A DNA stretch of 56,688 nucleotides, taken from contig NZBB01000006.1 in assembly GCA_002686295.1 (NCBI GenBank), positions 2,084-58,771 of the forward strand. The letters run 5' to 3'. This DNA is from Candidatus Woesearchaeota archaeon (GTDB lineage: Archaea; Nanobdellota; Nanobdellia; Woesearchaeales; GCA-2686295). A program made the position numbers and the translations under genes. The notes below the pieces were generated by a model. It was not told the origin of the DNA. It saw nothing but the letters and a program-made list of their open reading frames with translations, and searched no databases. Positions 9,061 to 17,010 of this stretch are shown piece after piece; within the stretch, counting starts at the first letter, position 1; each line of letters starts with the position of its first letter.

Positions 9061-10434
9061 ATGAGTATAAAAGTATTCAACACACTAACAAGAAAAAAAG
9101 AACTTCTTAAACCATTGAACGGAAATAATATAAACCTGTTTGTATGTGGACCAACGGTTTATGATTTCTCACATATAGGACATGCAAAAACATATGTTCA
9201 ATTTGATGTTATAGTCAGATATTTGAGATATAAAGGGTTCGAAGTGTTCTATTTGCAAAACATCACAGATATTGATGATAAAATAATAAAAAGGGGAAAT
9301 GAGCAAGGAAAAAATCCTATGACAATAGCAAGAAAGTTTGAAAAAGAATATTTGTCAGACATGAAAGAACTCGGCATAACAAGTATTGACAAGTATGCCA
9401 GAGCAACTGATTACATAAAACCAATAATTAAACAGATTAAAACACTATTTGATAAAGGATTTGCTTATGAAACTTCTGATGGAGTTTATTTTGAGATTGA
9501 CAAATTTAAAGACTATGGAAAACTTTGTCATCAACCTCTTGACAAAATAAAAGAAGGTGCACGTGTTTCCGTTAATAAGGAAAAGAAGAACCCATCTGAT
9601 TTCTCACTTTGGAAAAAAGCAAAAATAAACGAGCCGTCATGGGACAGCCCTTGGGGAAAGGGAAGACCTGGTTGGCATATTGAAGACACAGCTATTACAG
9701 AGACAGAGTTTGGCCCTCAATATGATTTGCATGGGGGAGGATCAGATTTAATATTTCCTCATCACGAATCAGAAATTGCTCAAATGGAAGCCTCTTCAGG
9801 AAAGAAACCCTTTGTTAAATATTGGATGCATACAGCGTTCTTAAATATAAAAAAAGAGAAAATGTCAAAATCAGTTGGCAATTTCACAACTATTCGCGAA
9901 GCTTTAAGAAAATGGGATGAAAAAACTTATCGTTTCTATTATGCTTCAACACATTACAGAACTCCGCTTGATTATTCAAATGAAGCAGTAAATAAAGTAA
10001 AACAAGGATTGGAAAGAATAAATGAATTTATTAGAAAAGTAAAAATAGCAAATGGAAAAAAGAAAAACGAAATTGAAAAATTAATTGGGGAAACTTTGGA
10101 TGTTTTTGAGAAGCACATGGATAATGATTTTGATATGCCTCAAGCAATTGCTTCAGTTTATGATTTCATAAGAGCAGTTAATAAATTAGAACTAAGCAAA
10201 CAAAACGGAAAAGCAATAATCGGATTTTTTGAAAAAATAGATTCTGTTCTTGGAGTTATGACTTTTGAAGACTTAGAAGTTCCTTCTGAGATTCAAATAC
10301 TGGCTGAAAAAAGACAAAAAGCGAGAGAAAAAAAAGATTGGGCAACTGCAGATAAAATGCGAGATAAACTAAAAACAAAAGGATATTATATTGATGATAC
10401 TTCAAAAGGCCCTGTTGTTAAAAAGATTTCTTAA
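9061..10434 (+). CDS. cysS: cysteinyl-tRNA synthetase
   Basis: HIGH motif (SHIGHAKTY), KMSKS, and GRPGWHIE zinc/cysteine-site motif. Start trimmed to ATG 9061 (MSIKVFNTLT is the canonical CysRS N-terminus). Confidence 0.9.
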   Translation: MSIKVFNTLTRKKELLKPLNGNNINLFVCGPTVYDFSHIGHAKTYVQFDVIVRYLRYKGFEVFYLQNITDIDDKIIKRGNEQGKNPMTIARKFEKEYLSDMKELGITSIDKYARATDYIKPIIKQIKTLFDKGFAYETSDGVYFEIDKFKDYGKLCHQPLDKIKEGARVSVNKEKKNPSDFSLWKKAKINEPSWDSPWGKGRPGWHIEDTAITETEFGPQYDLHGGGSDLIFPHHESEIAQMEASSGKKPFVKYWMHTAFLNIKKEKMSKSVGNFTTIREALRKWDEKTYRFYYASTHYRTPLDYSNEAVNKVKQGLERINEFIRKVKIANGKKKNEIEKLIGETLDVFEKHMDNDFDMPQAIASVYDFIRAVNKLELSKQNGKAIIGFFEKIDSVLGVMTFEDLEVPSEIQILAEKRQKAREKKDWATADKMRDKLKTKGYYIDDTSKGPVVKKIS

Positions 10435-12854
10435 GATATAACTTTCACTTCTTCTCCATAGCTAACTTCTTTAATATTATGCATGACTTTCAGATCTTTC
10501 TCTAACTCGCTAATTTTCTTCGGCAAAATAATCTCTTTAATCTCAGCTCTCAAACTTAAATTATTATCTTTTTTATATTTCCAAATGGAGCCATTAACAC
10601 TAACAACATCTTCTGTTGAAATAGAAACTTTTTGATGGTGCTCGACTTCAGGAAATGACTCTTTATGTATATCCTTTCCTCTTAAACCATCATAAATTTT
10701 ATAAGTTATAAATGGGGTTATAGGAGCCAATAGTTTCAGCAAAATGTCCAAACAATAATTTAATGTGAACAAAGTAGCATTTTGTTGCTCAAAAGAGAAT
10801 TTTTTATCCTTATTATAAGCACGAATTTTTACCAACTCTAAGTAATGCGAGGCAAATGTTTCCCATATGAAATGTTTTATTTTTATAGCTGGATTGTGAA
10901 AATCATAAATAGAATACTTCTTTTTTGCAAACTTTACTATCTTATTCAACTCGTTGATTATCCACTTGTCAACTTCTTGAAAATCAATTTCTCCTTTTGG
11001 TTCTGGAAATAAACTTATGAATCTTGCAACATTCCAAAGTTTTGTTAAAGTTTTTCCTGCTCCTTCAATCCTGTCAAATGAACATCTAAAGTCTGTACGG
11101 TCAAGATTTCCTTCTATCGCACTCCAAAGTCTAAATGGTTCTGCGCCAAACTGTTCTATTACTTTTTGCGGATTAATAACATTTCCTTTACTTTTACTCA
11201 TCTTATGCCCTTTATCATCAACTATGTGGTAGTTTATCCAGACATCTTCAAATATTAGTTCTCCTGTTAACAAATAATCTTTTAAAACTGTATAGTACAG
11301 CCAAGTTCTTACTATTTCTTTCCCCTGAGGTCTTAAAGAGCAAGGTTTTGACTTCTTGAAAAAATCGTTGTCTTTTGAATATTTTAATATGTATAGAGGA
11401 GTTATTGATGAGTCAAACCAAGTGTCAAAAACTCTTGTTTCACCAACCCATTTACTTTTCTTGAAATCTTTTACAAGCCCAATTTGTTTGTTTTTCTTGA
11501 AAACAACTGCTTCTTTTGGTGGCTGTTCCTTCCAAGGTCTATAGTATTTCCCTTTCGGAGCTAAAGCAGTATAATCATTTTCATTGTCATGCCATAAAGG
11601 TATTTCAGTTGCATAATATCTTCTTCTTGATATCGGCCAATCTATATTTACAGAATCTATCCAGTCTAGTAGTATCTGTTTGCTTCTTGGAGCATAAAAA
11701 CTTAATTTTTTAGCCAAAAGTCTTATCTTATTTTTGAACTCTACTTGCTTTACATAGAACTCTTCCATGTTGATGAATTCTATCGGGTCTTTGCTTCTCT
11801 CACAAACAGGCGTTCTATGAACTAATCTTTTCTGTTTCACAAGCAAACCTTTTTTATCAAGCTCTTCTATTATCTTTTTTTGAGCTTCCTTAATCTTCAA
11901 ACCCTTTAGAAAGCCGGCATGCTTGTTCATTGTTCCATCTTTGTCGATTGCTATACTTGGCTTTAATTGCAGCTCCCTAAAAAATCTTATATCGGTAACA
12001 TCTCCGAAAGAACACATCATCATTATACCTGTTCCTTTGTCTATTTCTGCAGACGGATGGGCCTTTATTGGTATCTCTTTTTCATAAATTGGTGTTATCG
12101 CGGTTTTTCCTTCTAAATGTTTATAGCGTTCATCATCTGGATTGAATATAATCATTCCACACGAGCATATCAATTCTGGTCTTGTTGTTGCAATAATTAG
12201 TTTCTCTCCTGTTTCTTTGACCTTGAACTTTACATCATTGAAAAAAGAAACTAAATCCATATGTTCAATTTCTGCATCAGCTATTGTTGTCTGACATCCT
12301 GGACACCAATTGTTTGCCCTTACATGTTCATAAATTAATCCTTTATTCCACATATCTATAAAAGTTTCTTGTGTTAAAGAACGATATTCTGGCGAATCCG
12401 TGTGGTAAATATCTCCTGGCTCGTTTCCTTTTTTCCATGAATTAAAACTTATTCCTGAAATTAGAAAAGTGTCTGTTGAAGCAATAGAGCTTTCTTCTAA
12501 GATTTTTTCACAGTAATCTATTGCTTTTTTTCTTGATAATTCTTTTAATCTGACTCCAAATTTTTTTTCAGCAGCCATCTCTATCGGCAGACCATTTCTG
12601 TCAAGACCTAATGGAAACAACACATTTTCACCCATCATCCTTCTAAATCTTGCAAAGAAATCCATTAATACATATGTAGTTGCTTGACCTATATGGACGG
12701 GCGTATTGACATATGGTGGTGGAGTATCAATTGAATAAACTTTTTTTTTGCTTTTCTTGTCAAAAACATAAGTTTTGTCCTTTTTCCATTTCTCATATAT
12801 TGATTTCTCAAAATCCTTACTCCAGTGTTTTCCTTTCAATCTTGGTTCTGTCAT
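10431..12854 (-). CDS. valS: valyl-tRNA synthetase (class Ia)
   Basis: IDTPPPYVN..HIGQ, GLDRNGLPIE and KMSKSKGNVI. Its 807 aa is too short for IleRS, and LeuRS is encoded elsewhere in the window. The Val assignment is by motif and length only. Confidence 0.75.
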   Translation of the reverse strand: MTEPRLKGKHWSKDFEKSIYEKWKKDKTYVFDKKSKKKVYSIDTPPPYVNTPVHIGQATTYVLMDFFARFRRMMGENVLFPLGLDRNGLPIEMAAEKKFGVRLKELSRKKAIDYCEKILEESSIASTDTFLISGISFNSWKKGNEPGDIYHTDSPEYRSLTQETFIDMWNKGLIYEHVRANNWCPGCQTTIADAEIEHMDLVSFFNDVKFKVKETGEKLIIATTRPELICSCGMIIFNPDDERYKHLEGKTAITPIYEKEIPIKAHPSAEIDKGTGIMMMCSFGDVTDIRFFRELQLKPSIAIDKDGTMNKHAGFLKGLKIKEAQKKIIEELDKKGLLVKQKRLVHRTPVCERSKDPIEFINMEEFYVKQVEFKNKIRLLAKKLSFYAPRSKQILLDWIDSVNIDWPISRRRYYATEIPLWHDNENDYTALAPKGKYYRPWKEQPPKEAVVFKKNKQIGLVKDFKKSKWVGETRVFDTWFDSSITPLYILKYSKDNDFFKKSKPCSLRPQGKEIVRTWLYYTVLKDYLLTGELIFEDVWINYHIVDDKGHKMSKSKGNVINPQKVIEQFGAEPFRLWSAIEGNLDRTDFRCSFDRIEGAGKTLTKLWNVARFISLFPEPKGEIDFQEVDKWIINELNKIVKFAKKKYSIYDFHNPAIKIKHFIWETFASHYLELVKIRAYNKDKKFSFEQQNATLFTLNYCLDILLKLLAPITPFITYKIYDGLRGKDIHKESFPEVEHHQKVSISTEDVVSVNGSIWKYKKDNNLSLRAEIKEIILPKKISELEKDLKVMHNIKEVSYGEEVKVIS

Positions 12855-12944
12855 GTTATTAGTAGTATGAGGAAATTATTTATAAAAGTTATTAAAGATT
12901 GTTAGAAAAGATTTTAAAAGAAAAAACAACTACCATAAATTAAT

Positions 12945-13037
12945 GGACCTATAGCCTAGAGGTTTAAAATCGGGCAATCTGGATAAGGCATCAGCCTTCT
13001 AAGCTGAGGATCGGGGGTTCGAATCCCTCTAGGTCCA
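12945..13037 (+). tRNA. tRNA-Arg (anticodon TCT) with an 18-20 nt insertion/intron in the D-loop
   Basis: Acceptor GGACCTA/TAGGTCC plus A73. Anticodon arm TCAGC-CTTCTAA-GCTGA. T arm GGGGG-TTCGAAT-CCCTC. D stem GCCT/AGGC encloses 28 nt instead of about 9. Confidence 0.8.
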
Positions 13038-13150
13038 TATTTTTCTAAAAAATAAAGTATCGCGACTAATAAGCAACATAACACAAACACTTATTTGTGT
13101 TGTTCTAAAAATGCAATGATAATTATTATGATCAAACTCAAACAAGATTT

Positions 13151-13214
13151 TACTTACAATGTAAGTAGAAGTTTTATTTTTCAAACAAAAAGAAATACTT
13201 ACAATGTAAGTATT
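13151..13214. repeat. two copies of the perfect palindrome TACTTACAATGTAAGTA, 45 bp apart
   Basis: Copy 1 is 13151-13167 (17 bp). Copy 2 is 13196-13212 and extends to a 21-bp perfect palindrome at 13194-13214. They lie between tRNA-Arg and tRNA-Cys. Confidence 0.9.
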
Positions 13215-13250
13215 AAATGCTCTTCATACAACGAACAACAACTAGTAAGC

Positions 13251-13261
13251 TTTATAAAAAA
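13251..13261 (+). promoter_or_regulatory. putative TATA box for tRNA-Cys
   Basis: TTTATAAAAAA is centred about 30 nt upstream of the first tRNA nucleotide (13285), the usual archaeal TATA spacing. Confidence 0.4.
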
Positions 13262-13284
13262 AAGAACGTTTCAGTCTATATATC

Positions 13285-13357
13285 GCAGGAGTGGCCAAAC
13301 GGCTAAGGCGAGCGCCTGCAGAGCGCTAGGTTGGGGGTTCGAATCCCTCCTCCTGCT
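13285..13357 (+). tRNA. tRNA-Cys (anticodon GCA)
   Basis: 73 nt. Acceptor GCAGGAG/CTCCTGC with U73 discriminator. Anticodon arm AGCGC-CTGCAGA-GCGCT. T arm GGGGG-TTCGAAT-CCCTC. Confidence 0.9.
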
Positions 13358-13374
13358 TTTCATACAATATTCAA

Positions 13375-14139
13375 ATGGCAAAAAAACTTCTATTGAAAAA
13401 AGAGAGAAAAGTACAAGTGAAAAACAGAGAAATAGTTCTTTCAAAATTCGAGAAACATTTAGTTGATGAAAACAAGGATTTCAGCACTTCATACGGAAAA
13501 ATAACTAAAAAAGACTTGAAAAAAACAACCTTCAAAGTTGGAAAAGAAGAATTCTTTGTTATGAAACCATTTTTCATCGACAGCTATAAACAATTGAAAA
13601 GACTCGCACAGATAATAACTCTAAAAGATATATCTGCGATAATAGCCAATACAGGCATAAACAACAAATCAAAAGTTTTAGAGTCAGGTGTTGGATCAGG
13701 TGCATTTATTTGTTTTACAGCAACGATTGCAAAAAAAGTTATTGGCTACGAAATAAATAAAAAACATTTAGAAGTTGCTAAAGAAAATCTGAAGAAATTG
13801 TCTTTGAAAAATGTTGAATTAAAGAAAGCAGACTTCTATGATACTAACAAAATTAAAGAAAAGGATGTTGATGTTGTGCTTCTAGACCTTCCGGAGACAT
13901 GGAAAGCAATAAAAACCACAGAGAAAGTTTTGAAAACAGGCGGATTCGTTGTATCTTACAACCCAAACATTTCTCAAGCCCAAAAATTTGTTAATTCATT
14001 ATCTGAAAAATTTTTATATGAAAAAACCGTTGAAATCATAGAAAGAGAATGGACTGTTAAGGAAACAGTTTTAAGACCAAAAACAAAGGATTTTGGCCAT
14101 ACGGCCTTCTTGAGTTTTGCAAGAAAGATAAAGATTTAA
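13375..14139 (+). CDS. trmI: tRNA (adenine-N1)-methyltransferase, TrmI/Trm61 family
   Basis: SAM motif ESGVGSGAF. The LLDLPETWKA motif is typical of TrmI (DLP.PW). Starts 18 nt after tRNA-Cys. Confidence 0.8.
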   Translation: MAKKLLLKKERKVQVKNREIVLSKFEKHLVDENKDFSTSYGKITKKDLKKTTFKVGKEEFFVMKPFFIDSYKQLKRLAQIITLKDISAIIANTGINNKSKVLESGVGSGAFICFTATIAKKVIGYEINKKHLEVAKENLKKLSLKNVELKKADFYDTNKIKEKDVDVVLLDLPETWKAIKTTEKVLKTGGFVVSYNPNISQAQKFVNSLSEKFLYEKTVEIIEREWTVKETVLRPKTKDFGHTAFLSFARKIKI

Positions 14140-14180
14140 ATAAAAGATTTATTTTCAATAACTATGAGAGGGATAAAAAA

Positions 14181-14408
14181 ATGTTAGCATATGTCTTAAT
14201 CGGATTACTTGAATGTGATGAAAAAAAGTGCCTTGATGAACTATTATCATTCAAAGAAGTATTGGAAGGACACATACTATTTGGTGAATGGGATTTGCTT
14301 GTAAAAATTAAATCTAAAAGTCCAGAAGACACAGGAACTTTTGTAATGGAAAATATAAGATCCATGCCAGACGTGAAGATAACTAGTACTTTAATTGTTG
14401 CTAGATAA
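14181..14408 (+). CDS. stand-alone Lrp/AsnC ligand-binding (RAM) domain protein
   Basis: 75 aa with the beta-alpha-beta-beta-alpha-beta pattern of AsnC_trans_reg domains (AYVLI..., GEWDLLVKI..., no HTH). Confidence 0.65.
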   Translation: MLAYVLIGLLECDEKKCLDELLSFKEVLEGHILFGEWDLLVKIKSKSPEDTGTFVMENIRSMPDVKITSTLIVAR

Positions 14409-14417
14409 AAAACTTTT

Positions 14418-14972
14418 TTAATATTTCCATTTTATGCTACAACCCATAGAAGGATTTTCTTCAACAGTTATTTTTCCAGAGTTTAAAAATTGATCTATGG
14501 CCTCATATAATTCATGTCTGTTAACTGGTTCGGAACCATGAGAATCATCTATTCTTCCCCTGAAAACAAGTTTGAAATTATTGTCAAAGAGAAAAATATC
14601 CGGTGTACATACTGCACCGTAAGCTTTAGCAATATCCTGACTTTCATCTCTTAAATAAACAAAATTCATGTTTTTTTCCTCAACCATTAGCACCATCTTC
14701 TCAAAACTATCTTCAGGATAATTATCATCTTCATTAGAATTAATAGCCACCACTGCTAAACCTTCATCTTTATAATCAGCAGTTATTCTTTTTAACTCAT
14801 CAATTTTCGGCTTTACATAAGGACAATGATTGCACATAAAAATAACGAGCAAAGCTTTTGAACCATTGAAACTTTCTAAAGAATAATTTTTTCCATTAGT
14901 TGCAGATAAAGAAAAAGAAGGAGCAGAATCTCCGTGTTTTAATACTTCATAATCAGATTTCATCAAAACCAT
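14418..14972 (-). CDS. thioredoxin-fold protein (redoxin/AhpC-TSA-like, CNHC active site)
   Basis: The ALLVIFMCNHCPYV motif is characteristic of about 185-aa thioredoxin family proteins. No signal peptide. Confidence 0.8.
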   Translation of the reverse strand: MVLMKSDYEVLKHGDSAPSFSLSATNGKNYSLESFNGSKALLVIFMCNHCPYVKPKIDELKRITADYKDEGLAVVAINSNEDDNYPEDSFEKMVLMVEEKNMNFVYLRDESQDIAKAYGAVCTPDIFLFDNNFKLVFRGRIDDSHGSEPVNRHELYEAIDQFLNSGKITVEENPSMGCSIKWKY

Positions 14973-15064
14973 TTAATCACCTCAAAACAAACAATAACAA
15001 AAAAATACAAAAAAACAATATAAAAAAACTATTGTATAACAAAACACATATTAAAGAACAACAA
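14973..15064 (-). promoter_or_regulatory. promoter plus SD leader cassette, copy A (homologous to 21723-21813)
   Basis: The entire 92-nt intergenic spacer aligns with the spacer upstream of 21198-21722. Read on the minus strand it contains A/T-rich TATA-like runs and TTGAGGTGATT (SD) just before the ATG. Confidence 0.6.
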
Positions 15065-15694
15065 TCATTTCTTCAATTTATTTAAAAATAATTGAGGAAG
15101 CACAGATATAATTGATAATATTAAAGAACCAAACAACACACGGATAAAAAAATCTTTGAAAAATTTTTCCGGAAACAATGTTATTAATAATGATTCGCTT
15201 GAAAAAAGATAGTTTCCCTGAGGAAAAAATAATTTGTGAAATCCGTCAAAAGTTATCGAGAAGTTAAGACTTGCAAAGAACAACAATGATAAAAAAACAA
15301 AGCTACAAATACCTGATAAGAATAAAGCTTTGAAAAATTCGTCCTGAAAATTCTTTGATAAAGCATATAAGCCAATTAGAGAGACAAATAATAAAGCAAT
15401 TGAAACCTTTAATAATAAAAAAAGCTTTTTAAAGAGGATCCGCACATCTTCTAAATGAGCTTTTTCATCGCTTGAGAAATAAAATAATTCTTCCTCTTCG
15501 TTAAAAAAAAATAACAAATTTAAAAGAATTAATTTCACTTCAGACATATCCATGTTTTCATAAACATTGTTTTTTTCAAATAAAGAAAAATAATTTTGTT
15601 CGCAAAAAACAAGCAATTTCAAAGGCAGAAAAAGTATTAAAATAATAAAAAACAAAATTGAGCTCAAAAAAAATATTTTTTTAGTCATTTTCAT
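15065..15694 (-). CDS. polytopic membrane protein (possibly TIGR01906/DUF1461-like)
   Basis: 209 aa with an N-terminal TM, a central HLEDVR segment and three further TM stretches. The family call is tentative. Confidence 0.55.
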   Translation of the reverse strand: MKMTKKIFFLSSILFFIILILFLPLKLLVFCEQNYFSLFEKNNVYENMDMSEVKLILLNLLFFFNEEEELFYFSSDEKAHLEDVRILFKKLFLLLKVSIALLFVSLIGLYALSKNFQDEFFKALFLSGICSFVFLSLLFFASLNFSITFDGFHKLFFPQGNYLFSSESLLITLFPEKFFKDFFIRVLFGSLILSIISVLPQLFLNKLKK

Positions 15695-15771
15695 AGTATT
15701 TTCAATAACAACAAAATTCTTCCGAAAAAAATTGGCAAACGCTTATTAAGAATAAAAAGAAAACCTACTAA

Positions 15772-17010
15772 ATGAAAAAGTTTGCGTTTTTCATAATAAT
15801 AACAATAACAATAACAATAATTGCATTATCAGAACAAGCATTTGCATCAATAATAATTTCAGAAGTACTTTATAATCCTTTTAGTAGCGAACACGGAGGA
15901 GAAGCAATATTATTATACAATCCAACAGCAAATAACATTAACCTATCTGGATGGAGCATAGCCACAAAGTTCTCATATTCAGACGCAACTCTGCCCCCTA
16001 TTGCAATACTGGCCGGAGGATACTTGTTGATAGCAGATAATAATTTTAGCTTAAACAAGGATAATCCTTTCTGGCCAGATGCAGACTATGAAGAAGAAAT
16101 AACTCTCTCAAACAGCAATGCAGGTATTGCATTAATAAATCAAACTAAAATAATAGATGCAATAGGATGGGGATTAATAGAAGATGAAAACTTGTTTGAA
16201 AACAATCCTCATCCAGGAACTAATGAAGGACAAAGCCTACGCAGAATAAACAACCAAGACACAAATAACAACTCAGCAGATTTCAACGCTACAACACCAT
16301 TTTTCTATGAACAAAATAACTCAGAAATAAACATAGACTTAGAAATAAACATAACAAACAATTATAACTTTAGTTTTCAAATAAATAGAGATGACAATCT
16401 TTCAAAAGAAGGAAACCAAATAATGCCTATAGCCGGAGAAAACAAAACCTTTGAAGTGACAATAAAAACGAATAATTGTAGTAAAACAGCAACTGCAACA
16501 CTAGAAAACAATAATTATGAACTAAAAAAAATATTCTATAATGAAACAACAAATATTTTCAAAGGAAATCTCTCAATGAATTACTGGACAGAGTCTGGAA
16601 ACTACATCATAACAACAACATTAACAGATTGTGAAGGAACAAACCATTCAAAAACAGAATTTTTTGAATATGAAAGCTTAACATCAATAACTGCTAATAG
16701 TTCTTTAAAATTAGATGCAGAAAAAGGCACAACAGCCATGAAAACAATAACTGTAAAAAATACTGGTAATGAAGAAGCATTGATAAAAATCAAGAGTACA
16801 AATCCAACAAGTGGACAAACAGAGATTGATGCTGACAAAATAGAATTCTCAATTGACAATTTTGAAACAATTCAAACAATGAACAACAATTTCATAAATA
16901 TAAACGAATTCTTAAATGTTCAAGAAGAATTGAGCATTAATCTCAGAATAAATACTGAAAATATTTCAGAAGGATATTATTCTGGAGAAATAACGCTTGA
17001 TTACACATAA
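15772..17010 (+). CDS. exported lamin-tail-domain (LTD) protein
   Basis: Signal peptide ending AFA. ISEVLYNP...GGEAILLYNP...NLSGWSI matches the LTD signature. The Asn/Thr-rich C-terminal half looks beta-sandwich-like. Confidence 0.75.
   Translation: MKKFAFFIIITITITIIALSEQAFASIIISEVLYNPFSSEHGGEAILLYNPTANNINLSGWSIATKFSYSDATLPPIAILAGGYLLIADNNFSLNKDNPFWPDADYEEEITLSNSNAGIALINQTKIIDAIGWGLIEDENLFENNPHPGTNEGQSLRRINNQDTNNNSADFNATTPFFYEQNNSEINIDLEINITNNYNFSFQINRDDNLSKEGNQIMPIAGENKTFEVTIKTNNCSKTATATLENNNYELKKIFYNETTNIFKGNLSMNYWTESGNYIITTTLTDCEGTNHSKTEFFEYESLTSITANSSLKLDAEKGTTAMKTITVKNTGNEEALIKIKSTNPTSGQTEIDADKIEFSIDNFETIQTMNNNFININEFLNVQEELSINLRINTENISEGYYSGEITLDYT

Noticed and set aside
13013-13345. 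Identical 17-nt GGGGGTTCGAATCCCTC at 13013-13029 and 13329-13345, which could look like att-type direct repeats flanking an insert
   Set aside because: Each copy is simply the T-arm of a complete, different tRNA (Arg and Cys) with its own acceptor stem. No integrase or other mobile-element gene lies between or beside them.
13095-13466. 123-aa plus-strand ORF in the tRNA spacer
   Set aside because: It reads straight through the complete tRNA-Cys gene (13285-13357) and into the trmI start. It has no SD and a low-complexity composition, so it is an artefact of the AT-rich spacer.
15793-15822. Short (AACAAT)n-like microsatellite
   Set aside because: It lies inside the signal-peptide core of the LTD protein (IIITITITII). 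This is codon-level low complexity, not an independent repeat element.
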